A stretch of DNA of 64,000 bases from Thermoanaerobacterales bacterium. Its GTDB lineage: Bacteria; Bacillota; Thermosediminibacteria; Thermosediminibacterales; Tepidanaerobacteraceae. Shown here one piece after another: positions 14,809 through 23,815 of the stretch (its first letter is position 1; every line of letters begins with the position of its first letter). Where the stretch lies: contig DUMA01000018.1 of NCBI GenBank assembly GCA_012840135.1, forward strand, positions 119,150-183,149. Reading direction: 5' to 3'. The position numbers were made by a program, and so were the translations under genes. The notes under the pieces were generated by a model. The model was not told where the DNA came from and made no database searches. It saw only the letters and a list, made by a program, of their open reading frames with translations.

Positions 14809-17460
14809 ATGGTTACAAATAAAATGCAAATGGCCGGAAATATATACTGGTGGTTTTCTACACATTTTTGTAAAGCAAAGGATGCAATTGATAAATATGA
14901 AAAAGAAAATAAAAATGATTTAACTTCGATATTAAAGCAAAAAAATATTACTGTTGTAGATATAGGTGCAGGTCCCGGCACGTTTTGTTTAGCATTATTG
15001 GATACATTGTATCAAACTCAACGCACTGAAAATAAAGATATAGATTTTATTTTGGTTGAGCCAAATGAATTATTTCATCCTATTGCCAGAAAACTGATTA
15101 CATCATTTTCGGAAAAAATCTCTATAAAGTCAAATATAGAAATAATAAAAGGCTTTTTTCCTGAAAAAACCTGTCTGGAGCAAGTGTTAAATGTATTAAA
15201 AAATAAAAATGTAGATTTCATGATATTTTCTTTGTGTAATCTATTAAACTGGCTAAATGTTATTCAGATGATTCGATCTTGTCGAGAATTCATTGATGAA
15301 ATAATAAATAAAATCAATCCTTATTATTCTGTGATATTATCGGTAGAAACAAATAATATAAAGTTATATTTTAAATTAATGTTTTTCTACTACATTATAA
15401 ATAAATTAACTTCTGATAATTATTGTTTAATGCCTCAACGATTTAATGCAATTGGTTGGAATTTTTCTGGTTCGCGCTATTATATATCAGAGTTAGACGA
15501 TCATAGCTTTGATATTTTTTATTATTTTGCTTATACTGGTATCGATTCGTTAATTTCCAAAATATCTAGTCCGGATACATTAAAAGTAGCCTTCTACAAA
15601 GCCAGGATGGCTTTGCGCAGAGAATTTCCATGTGACGATGTCGAAATAAAACTTTTTGAAGAAAATCTTGATGACAATATCGATTTTTGTTCAAAAGAAA
15701 TAAAAAAAGGATATCAATTCTGCAATAAACCTGTAGCATATCGTGCTCCAAAAAATGATAAGGATGATCGACCTAAAATAATGGATAACATTTATGACGC
15801 AATAGTAGGGGCATCTTTTCTGGATATAATAGGTCGAAAGATAGATAATAATTTTTTAGATATATGCCATGGGAATCGATTGAATAGAAAAGTTAAAACA
15901 GAATTTACATATGAATATTTTTGGTATGCATGGTATTTTAAATTTTATAGATCGGCTTTAAAATATGCAAAAAATAAAAGATTTACTCATTTTATGAAGC
16001 TTGATATAAAATCCTTTTATACTAATATTTCTCAGAATTTACTTTTTAAGAAAATATATGAAAGACTTCCAAATAAAAATAAGAAACTGATATGTTTAGT
16101 CAATTCTCTTATCAGAAGAGATTTCCCTGAATTATCTAAAGGGAAGGGGTTACCTCAAGGGCCGCTTACTTCTGGATTTTTAGCTAATCTGTATCTGGAT
16201 GATTTTGATAGATATATGGTTAAATTATCGGATAATGGTTATAGAAGATATGTTGATGATATGATGATTTTTACAAAGGAAGAACAATATTTAAAGAATA
16301 TAAAGAATCAGGCAGATAATTTTTTAAAGAAAAAGCTAGGATTAGAACTTAAAGAAGACAAGACTCAGTGCGGAAAAATCGAAGAATTGGAAAGTGTTGC
16401 AAACGATAAAGATATGGATTCGTTTGACAAGCATTTAAAAAAGATTCTTAGAAGTTTATATTGTCTTGATAGAAAAACTTATGATAAGTATGTTGAAGAT
16501 CCGGGAAAATTTCTTGAACTATATTCTCATTGCTTAAAGGAATTAAACATTATAATTAATGTTAACTGGTTGCACCGAAAATTATATTATGAGCATAATA
16601 GATTAAAAAGTATTTATCATAGGGTTATAGGCAGGTATTTTTCTATAAAATTCCCTATACCTGCTGAAGATAATTCTGATATAGAAAGATGGAAGCAAGA
16701 TTTTATTTCAAAAAACCCTAAAATAATGAATGAAATAGAAAAATTACGAAAGCAGCTGGTTACTGAGCTAGAATGTTTGTATGAGCAATATGGACTGTTG
16801 GATAAAACTCAGTGTGATGAAAACACAAAGAAAAAAATAAGAGCAAAGTACCGCTTTTATACATTTCGAGCCGGAATATTGCATAACCCGGATGTAATAA
16901 ATATAATAAAATGTTTGATAGACCATCCATGGCTATATAATATAAATGTTTTAAGAGCCTACCATGAATTAGTAAGTGACATGATAATAAAATTAAAGCA
17001 GACAAAATCGAATTATCTTAAATATGCATTGATATGGGCTTTGGGAGAGATAAAGGATTCTTCTGCTGTTAATATATTACAAGAAATTTTGTTTGATAAC
17101 AATTCATCACATATATTAAAGTTGATGTGTTCTCAATCTCTGTTAAAAATTAATTGTCGTTATAATATAGATTATAATCGTCTATTAAAAGAAATAGATA
17201 TCCAATATAAAAGTGGCCAATCGAAAATCCTTAAAAATTTAATACTTTTGCTTCCTGATTCTATAATTGAAGATGTAATAAATAAATATGATTTTAATAT
17301 TTTCAATGAATATGATCAACGTTTATTAAATGCTGCAATTTCTTGGGTCAAAGAAAATAAAGGAGATTTCATGAAACAATTGGATATCTTACCTGAATAT
17401 TTTAATCCAGATGATTATCCGGAAATAGAAGCTGAGCCTGAAGTAATTCCCTTTTCATGA
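14809..17460 (+). CDS. Reverse transcriptase with an N-terminal class-I SAM-methyltransferase-like domain and a C-terminal HEAT/alpha-repeat domain (defence-type UG/Abi-like RT)
   Basis: The RT motifs are KLDIKSFYTNI, GLPQGPLTSGFLANLYLDDFD (L448-) and YRRYVDDMMIF (Y481VDD). The N-terminal Rossmann motif is VVDIGAGPGT (D51-G57), followed by ILVEPN. The C-terminal HEAT-like stretch is ALIWALGEIKDSSAVNILQEIL. The frame is open from 14653 without ATG, GTG or TTG. Confidence 0.9.
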   Translation: MVTNKMQMAGNIYWWFSTHFCKAKDAIDKYEKENKNDLTSILKQKNITVVDIGAGPGTFCLALLDTLYQTQRTENKDIDFILVEPNELFHPIARKLITSFSEKISIKSNIEIIKGFFPEKTCLEQVLNVLKNKNVDFMIFSLCNLLNWLNVIQMIRSCREFIDEIINKINPYYSVILSVETNNIKLYFKLMFFYYIINKLTSDNYCLMPQRFNAIGWNFSGSRYYISELDDHSFDIFYYFAYTGIDSLISKISSPDTLKVAFYKARMALRREFPCDDVEIKLFEENLDDNIDFCSKEIKKGYQFCNKPVAYRAPKNDKDDRPKIMDNIYDAIVGASFLDIIGRKIDNNFLDICHGNRLNRKVKTEFTYEYFWYAWYFKFYRSALKYAKNKRFTHFMKLDIKSFYTNISQNLLFKKIYERLPNKNKKLICLVNSLIRRDFPELSKGKGLPQGPLTSGFLANLYLDDFDRYMVKLSDNGYRRYVDDMMIFTKEEQYLKNIKNQADNFLKKKLGLELKEDKTQCGKIEELESVANDKDMDSFDKHLKKILRSLYCLDRKTYDKYVEDPGKFLELYSHCLKELNIIINVNWLHRKLYYEHNRLKSIYHRVIGRYFSIKFPIPAEDNSDIERWKQDFISKNPKIMNEIEKLRKQLVTELECLYEQYGLLDKTQCDENTKKKIRAKYRFYTFRAGILHNPDVINIIKCLIDHPWLYNINVLRAYHELVSDMIIKLKQTKSNYLKYALIWALGEIKDSSAVNILQEILFDNNSSHILKLMCSQSLLKINCRYNIDYNRLLKEIDIQYKSGQSKILKNLILLLPDSIIEDVINKYDFNIFNEYDQRLLNAAISWVKENKGDFMKQLDILPEYFNPDDYPEIEAEPEVIPFS

Positions 17461-17483
17461 TTTTATAAAAAGGTTGATTAAAA

Positions 17484-18425
17484 ATGATTATATCTGCAAG
17501 CAGAAGGACAGATATTCCTGCTTTTTATAGCAAGTGGTTTATGAATAGAATTTATGAGGGGAAGGTAGTTGTTTATAACCCCTATAATAAATGCGGTTAT
17601 GAAGTATCTTTAAATCCGAAAAATATAGATGCAATAGTTTTCTGGTCTAAAAATTACGGTCCGCTGATTCCTAAACTTGACGAACTGAAAAGGGAGTATA
17701 ATCTTTATTTTCTTTTTACTATAACTGGCCTTAAAGATATATTAGAAGATAATGTAATACCGCCTGAAAAAGCGATTGAGCAGCTAAAATATATATCAAG
17801 AAGTTTTTCGCCCAATCATATTCAATGGAGATTTGATCCTATAGTGCTTACAAATAAGACTCCTAAGGAGTTTTATATTGATAAATTTTATCAATTAGCG
17901 AAGGAACTTAAAGGTTATACCAGAAGATGCTATATTAGCTTTGCCAATATATATAAAAAGAATGAGAAAAACTTCAAATTACTCGAAAAAAAGAGAGGAA
18001 TTCATTTATTAGAATCAGATGAAAAAAATATGAAAGATATAGCTAATGAAATAGCAGACATAGGGGAGAATTTTGGGATTAAAATTTTAAGTTGCTGTAA
18101 TGATTTTTTAGTAGGAGATAAGATATCTAAAGCAAGGTGCATTGATATTAATATTTTGGAAGAGTTATTTTCTATAGATATAAAATCAAAACCAAGCCCG
18201 ACTCGGCCGCAGTGTGCCTGTTATAAAAGCATTGATATTGGAGTTTATAATACTTGCCCGCATGGTTGCTGGTATTGTTATGCCAATTATGATAAAGAAA
18301 CCGCCACCAAAAATTTTCAACAGCATGATCCCGATTCTGATTTTTTGCTGAATAGAAAAATTAAAGTAATAAAAGAGTTAAAAGAAGATGAAAAAGAGAA
18401 GGAAACCCAGTTGAGTCTTTTTTAA
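17484..18425 (+). CDS. DUF1848 family protein (radical-SAM-like CX3CX2C cluster near the C-terminus)
   Basis: MIISASRRTDIPAFYSKWFMNRI is the typical DUF1848 N-terminus. C258-PHG-C262-WY-C265 plus the upstream CAC. It starts 24 nt after the RT stop. Confidence 0.85.
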   Translation: MIISASRRTDIPAFYSKWFMNRIYEGKVVVYNPYNKCGYEVSLNPKNIDAIVFWSKNYGPLIPKLDELKREYNLYFLFTITGLKDILEDNVIPPEKAIEQLKYISRSFSPNHIQWRFDPIVLTNKTPKEFYIDKFYQLAKELKGYTRRCYISFANIYKKNEKNFKLLEKKRGIHLLESDEKNMKDIANEIADIGENFGIKILSCCNDFLVGDKISKARCIDINILEELFSIDIKSKPSPTRPQCACYKSIDIGVYNTCPHGCWYCYANYDKETATKNFQQHDPDSDFLLNRKIKVIKELKEDEKEKETQLSLF

Positions 18426-18810
18426 ATATCTTGCCGGTTACTCTTGAACAAGTATTAGAAATGAAGGAACAGGCGTGGTTTTCAAGAGGTGTAGCCCTTT
18501 CTGTTCCATGCTGCGAATATAGAAAATTTAGAAGACCGATAAAATCAATTGATAACGGACAACCAAAATAATATAATAAAAACGGGAGAATGAAACATGA
18601 ACGACTGGCACAGCGACTTTTACGCCGCGATAAAACAACTGTTCAAAGACGAAGACCTGAAAATAATACAGGAAGAGTACCTGTCAAAAGAACCCCTTAG
18701 AATAGACGTAATCATCATAAAAAACCTGGACAGCCATCAGATAAAAAAGCAGATCGGAAAGATATTCAAAAAATACAACATAATAGAATACAAATCCCCA
18801 ACAGACTACA
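18114..18810 (+). repeat. Intact right copy of the DUF1848-3'/spacer/Rpn-like-5' segment (partner 1554-2109)
   Basis: Direct alignment with 1554-2109. Confidence 0.85.
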
Positions 18811-19631
18811 TATCCATCGACGACTACTTCAAAGGACTGAGCTACACGTACCTGTACAAATCCACAATGAACGCTGAAGGGAAAAACAAAAAAGAAATAA
18901 ACGACATAAACATTGAAGAAATGACCTTGAGCTTTGTATGCAACAAATTTCCGGAAAAACTCATATCGTATCTAAAAAAACACGACAAAAAAATAGAAAA
19001 ACCCATAGACGGCATATATTATATAAACGGTGAATGGATTCCTGTACAGATAATAGTTCAGAGCGAAATAAGAAATGTCGAAGAAAACTTCGCTCTAATG
19101 CTGCTGAGCGACAATGAATATTTTCAGGAAGCACTGAAAAAATACTTTCAAACAATAACAGGCGAAAAAAGTTCATCAGAAGCGAAAAGGCTTCTAGAAG
19201 CCGCCTTCAGGAAAAACATAATAAAAGCGGTGGAGGTGTATAAGATGTATGAGGATATGATAAATGAAGAGGTTCAGGAGTATGTGATAAAGACATTAAA
19301 ACAGACCAAGCTAAAAATCTATACCGAGCAGGAACTAAAGGAGAGGGAAGAAAAGTCCAAAAAAGAGGGGATGGAACTGGGGCTGGAGAAAGGCATAGAG
19401 AAAGGAATCGAAAAAGGCATAGAAAAAGGTATAGAGAAAGGTATAGAGAAAGGCATAGAGAAAAGGACTAAGGAACTTGCCGTAAAGCTGCTTAAAAAGA
19501 AGCTTTCAAATATTCCGGATGATATTATAGAAATCATCGGTAAATCAAAAGATGTTCAGAAAATCGAAAAAATGGTGGAGGATATCTTCAATATAAATAA
19601 TGTAGATGATGTAAGAAAGTATTTGAATTAA
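18597..19631 (+). CDS. PD-(D/E)XK nuclease-like protein (Rpn/YhgA-related 'putative transposase') with GIEK repeats and a DUF4351-like tail
   Basis: The RIDVIIIK...IEYKSPTDY pattern fits a D...E-x-K nuclease core. Seven tandem G(I/L)EK units lie at 19380-19463. The C-terminal KLLKKKLSNIPDDIIEIIGKS... tail is like the other Rpn paralogs in the window. Confidence 0.65.
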   Translation: MNDWHSDFYAAIKQLFKDEDLKIIQEEYLSKEPLRIDVIIIKNLDSHQIKKQIGKIFKKYNIIEYKSPTDYISIDDYFKGLSYTYLYKSTMNAEGKNKKEINDINIEEMTLSFVCNKFPEKLISYLKKHDKKIEKPIDGIYYINGEWIPVQIIVQSEIRNVEENFALMLLSDNEYFQEALKKYFQTITGEKSSSEAKRLLEAAFRKNIIKAVEVYKMYEDMINEEVQEYVIKTLKQTKLKIYTEQELKEREEKSKKEGMELGLEKGIEKGIEKGIEKGIEKGIEKGIEKRTKELAVKLLKKKLSNIPDDIIEIIGKSKDVQKIEKMVEDIFNINNVDDVRKYLN

Positions 19632-19655
19632 AATTGATAGCAAAGACAATGTTAA

Positions 19656-20648
<993 letters not shown>

Positions 20649-20841
20649 GACGTAGACGGGGAATTGCAATCCGGAACAAATGAGTCCACCACAAGTGAGG
20701 TTAAACATTTCCGGCAAAAGGACAAAGGTTCTAAGCTTAAATGTCTTTATTGCGATATTTACGCTTGGGGCCTTTTTTGTGTCATAAATTTAAAAATAAA
20801 TATTGAACTTTTTGATTGAATATTATATACTATAATCATAG

Positions 20842-20855
20842 CGAACATACGTTCC
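20842..20855. promoter_or_regulatory. LexA box CGAACATACGTTCC directly after a TATAAT hexamer (20831-20836)
   Basis: Full GAAC-N4-GTTC match, 52 nt upstream of the Rpn gene start. The whole leader is conserved with 27485-27604. Confidence 0.6.
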
Positions 20856-20907
20856 ATGCAAAACTATTTACAAAAAATTAAATAATTGATATGATGGAGT
20901 TGATAAG

Positions 20908-21888
20908 ATGGATGAAAAACAGAGAGATATATCCTATCATAACTATGACATTGTATTCAAATACGCCACCCAGACCTTACAGGGCAGAATGCTGGATTTC
21001 TTGGGACTTCATATGGCACCGATAGTAGAAGTATTACCCACCGAACTGCCATATATAGAAGCACGGAAAATCAATGAAGATTACATATTTAGACTTCAGG
21101 ATGATACTTTGCTGCACCTTGAATACCAGTCCAATATAACCCTGGAAGACATGATCAGATTCATGATATATGATGCCAGACTATACGAGCAGTATAAAAA
21201 AACCATAAAAACGGCCATCATATGCTGGAAAGACATAGACACTTCAAATATGGGTAAAATTGATGCAGGATCAATAACCTATAAAACTGACATAATAAAA
21301 ATAAAAATACAAGATCCAGGAAAAATACTCCTGGAAGAAGAAAACAAAATACTGAAAAACGAAGAACCTGACATAGCCAGAATAATATTTTTACCCGTCA
21401 TGAGCGGTAAAGAAAACATAAAAGATGTAACCCTAAAAACTATAGAAATCATAAAAAAAATAAAAAACAGACGGTATGAGATTGATAAGCTGATAGCTAC
21501 GGTGATAGTCCTTGTAGATAAAATGCTGGATGTAGAAACCATAGAAAAATTATGGGAGGAATTTAAAATGCTGAATGTATTTAAATATGCCGAGGAAAGG
21601 GGAAAAAAAGAAGGTTTTCAAGAGGGTATTGAAGTAGGAATAGAAAAGGGAATAGAAAAAGGAATAGAAAAGGGAATTGAAAAGGGAATAGAAAAGGGAA
21701 TAGAAAAAGGTTTTGGAAAGGGTATGGCAGAGACCATAATCAGACTTCTTTGCAAAAAAATGGGAGATTTACCCGCAGAATGTAAAGAAAGGATCTTAAG
21801 TCAGGATAGGCCGACTTTAGAACTCATTGCGGACCACATTTTTGATATAGAATCATTGGCCGATCTCGAAAAGTTTTTGAAACAGTAA
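20908..21888 (+). CDS. Rpn-family recombination-promoting nuclease / putative transposase (PD-(D/E)XK, YhgA-like)
   Basis: YDIVFKY...DYIFRLQDDTLLHLEYQSN is the D...E-x-Q/K core typical of Rpn/YhgA. An eight-unit G-x-E/G-K repeat lies at 21625-21720. DUF4351-like tail IIRLLCKKMGDLP... Confidence 0.8.
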   Translation: MDEKQRDISYHNYDIVFKYATQTLQGRMLDFLGLHMAPIVEVLPTELPYIEARKINEDYIFRLQDDTLLHLEYQSNITLEDMIRFMIYDARLYEQYKKTIKTAIICWKDIDTSNMGKIDAGSITYKTDIIKIKIQDPGKILLEEENKILKNEEPDIARIIFLPVMSGKENIKDVTLKTIEIIKKIKNRRYEIDKLIATVIVLVDKMLDVETIEKLWEEFKMLNVFKYAEERGKKEGFQEGIEVGIEKGIEKGIEKGIEKGIEKGIEKGFGKGMAETIIRLLCKKMGDLPAECKERILSQDRPTLELIADHIFDIESLADLEKFLKQ

Positions 21889-21952
21889 AGAAAAATTTTT
21901 ATTAAATATAGAGAAATTAATAACATAGTAAAAAGTATTTAAATTAATTGAT

Positions 21953-21976
21953 AGCCGCGCAAAAGCGCGGCTTTTT
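21953..21976 (+). terminator. Intrinsic terminator
   Basis: AGCCGCGC-AAAA-GCGCGGCT followed by TTTTT. Confidence 0.7.
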
Positions 21977-22021
21977 AAATAAATATATAGGCTATTTTAG
22001 TACCGAATTTCGCACCCATAC

Positions 22022-22351
22022 ATGATGAGCGAACTTCATGCGGTGCTGGGTCTGGTCCAGCTGGAAAGGCTTGATGAGTTTATACGAAAGAGGGCTGTGG
22101 TGGCGGAAAAATACAACAAGAAGTTCAAAGACGTTGAAGGGGTAAGGGTGTCTTATATAGATAAAAAGGTCACCAGGATGAGCTGGTTTGTATATGTGAT
22201 ACAGCTCGATTCTTCCATAGACAGGGATAGAGTCATGAAGCATTTACTGGACAGCGGCATCGGCTGCCGCCTACGTGGTGGAAAAAGTGAGGGAAGGGAT
22301 AAAGAAGTTCGGGGGATGAGGGAGCACTGGAATGCCATTGGCCTGGTTTAA
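22022..22351 (+). pseudogene. Fragment of a DegT/DnrJ/EryC1-type aminotransferase
   Basis: MSELHAVLGLVQLERLDEFIRKRAVVAEKYNKKF..VSYIDKK...SWFVYVIQL matches the C-terminal third of this family. The N-terminus is missing and the tail diverges after ..DSGIGC. Confidence 0.6.
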
Positions 22352-22764
22352 CCATCAGAAGTTTTAGCTGTTTGTTTTCTAAAATAATGGATTGCCAGGA
22401 ACATCAATGCTCCGGCTGAATCCAGAATCACATCCCGTATGGATGCGCTTCTGCCCGGAACGAAAGCCTGATGCCATTCATCGGATAGGGCATAAAGAGT
22501 AGTAAATACCCATGCCAGCATATATTTATGGCGGCTGGGGTTTATCGCCCGATAAAAAAGGAGGGCCAGAATGCCGAAGACCATGAAATGGGCATTTTTT
22601 CGCACCAGTGTATTGACGATTTCCACTCCGCTGTAAGCCATACGCGTGTTTTGAGCAATAATTCTGGCGGTGTTATCCCCGGTAGCCAGGGGAGATTCAG
22701 TGAAGTAAAAAATTATAAAACACCACAATATTATCGGAAGCCATTTCGACCATATTATTTTCAA
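22348..22764 (-). CDS. VanZ-family membrane protein
   Basis: RKNAHFMVFGILALLFYRA...DEWHQAFVPGRSASIRDVILDSAGAL is the VanZ signature. About four TM segments. Confidence 0.8.
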   Translation of the reverse strand: MKIIWSKWLPIILWCFIIFYFTESPLATGDNTARIIAQNTRMAYSGVEIVNTLVRKNAHFMVFGILALLFYRAINPSRHKYMLAWVFTTLYALSDEWHQAFVPGRSASIRDVILDSAGALMFLAIHYFRKQTAKTSDG

Positions 22765-22850
22765 AATCCTTCACCCTTATCTATTTTAACAGAAAATCCG
22801 TTTTTATAATCGTAAATCTATAAAAATCATAAAAAAAATAAAAACCAGGC

Positions 22851-22948
22851 AAAATCCCCGCCGGCGGCAAAACGGGCGACCTTTTGAAATTTAAAACCGG
22901 AACCCTTTCTCCCGAAGAAGTGGAGTTGATTTTCAATTACCTGCCCGT
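22851..22948 (+). repeat. Orphan copy of an internal fragment of the DUF438 gene (partner 25806-25903)
   Basis: AAAATCCCCGCCGGCGGCAAAACGGGCGACCTTTTGAAATTTAAAACCGGA.CCCTTTCTCCCGAAGAAGTGGAGTTGATTTTCAAT.. is shared almost base-for-base. Confidence 0.8.
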
Positions 22949-22951
22949 TCT

Positions 22952-23800
22952 CAAGATAACATTCCAAAAGTAAGCATTGACAAACCAAACGAGGAGGACA
23001 TTGGCCAAAACGGCGATTTAGATGAGACCCAGGATAAGGAAGAAGGTAAGGATGTCGAAGATGAAGATGCGGATGAAAACAACCAGGACGACAAAAACGC
23101 AAATGATATAGATGAAGGCGACCAGGAAAATAAAGATGACGGCAATGTAAAAATTGATGTAGAAGACGGCAAAGAAATACAACTTGAAACCGAAAAAGGA
23201 AAAGATCCTGAAAAAATCATAGGTGAACTTGAACAGAAGTTAAAAGAAAATCCGAACGATGAAGAGGTTTTAATCAAACTGGCTCTTGCTTATAAATTGC
23301 TGGGCAACTATGACCAGGTTATCGATATGGCCAATAAAGCACTCAGCATTGATCCCCAAAACCATAAAGCCATGATATTACTGGCCCAGAGTTATGAATC
23401 AAAGGGAGATGTTCAATCCGCCATATCCTATCTGGAGGAACTATTGAAGGTAAATCCCGATGCAAAGGTGCAAGCATATCTTGCAATACTCAATGAAAAA
23501 GAAGGAAACCTGGAAAAAGCCCTTGAAAATATGGAAGAAGCCATTCAAAAAGAACCTGAAGATGATGGGCTTTACAATGAAATCGGAAAACTTTATGAAG
23601 AAATGGGTTTGGAGGGCATAAAGCTATTCATAAAAGGTCAAAAAGTAGAGTCTGACGTGAAACCTCTCGTAAAAGGCGGCACGACATTGGTCCCCGTAAG
23701 AATCATCGTTGCCGCCCAGCAAAAACTCGGTACAGCCCTGACGAGCACTGCAGTTGTCGGCTTGGTAGCGGATGCGCTTCTGCCTGGAACGAAAAATTGA
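22952..23800 (+). pseudogene. 5'-truncated TPR-repeat protein with an acidic linker and a copper-amine-oxidase-N-like tail
   Basis: The frame is open with no start from ~22952. An acidic D/E/N-rich stretch is followed by TPR repeats (LALAYKLLGNYDQVIDMANKALSIDPQNHKAM..) and then VKPLVKGGTTLVPVRII. The listed ORF 23297-23800 is only its tail. Confidence 0.55.
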
Positions 23801-23815
23801 TGCCATTCGTCGGAT
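23770..23815. repeat. Orphan copy of a VanZ gene fragment (partner 22441-22486)
   Basis: GGATGCGCTTCTGCC.GGAACGAAA...TGATGCCATTC.TCGGATA is shared between the two loci. Confidence 0.6.

Noticed and set aside
14809-17460. RT as a group II intron, retron or DGR component
   Set aside because: There is no maturase (X) or endonuclease domain and no intron domain V/VI-like RNA. I saw no flanking msr/msd-type inverted repeats and no template/variable repeat pair by eye. The large MTase-like and HEAT-like extensions fit defence-type RTs better. This was an inspection only, not a computed search.
22951-23277. 108-aa Ser/Phe-rich minus-strand ORF
   Set aside because: It is the antisense of the acidic (D/E/N/K-rich) linker of the TPR remnant, so it is a compositional mirror artefact.
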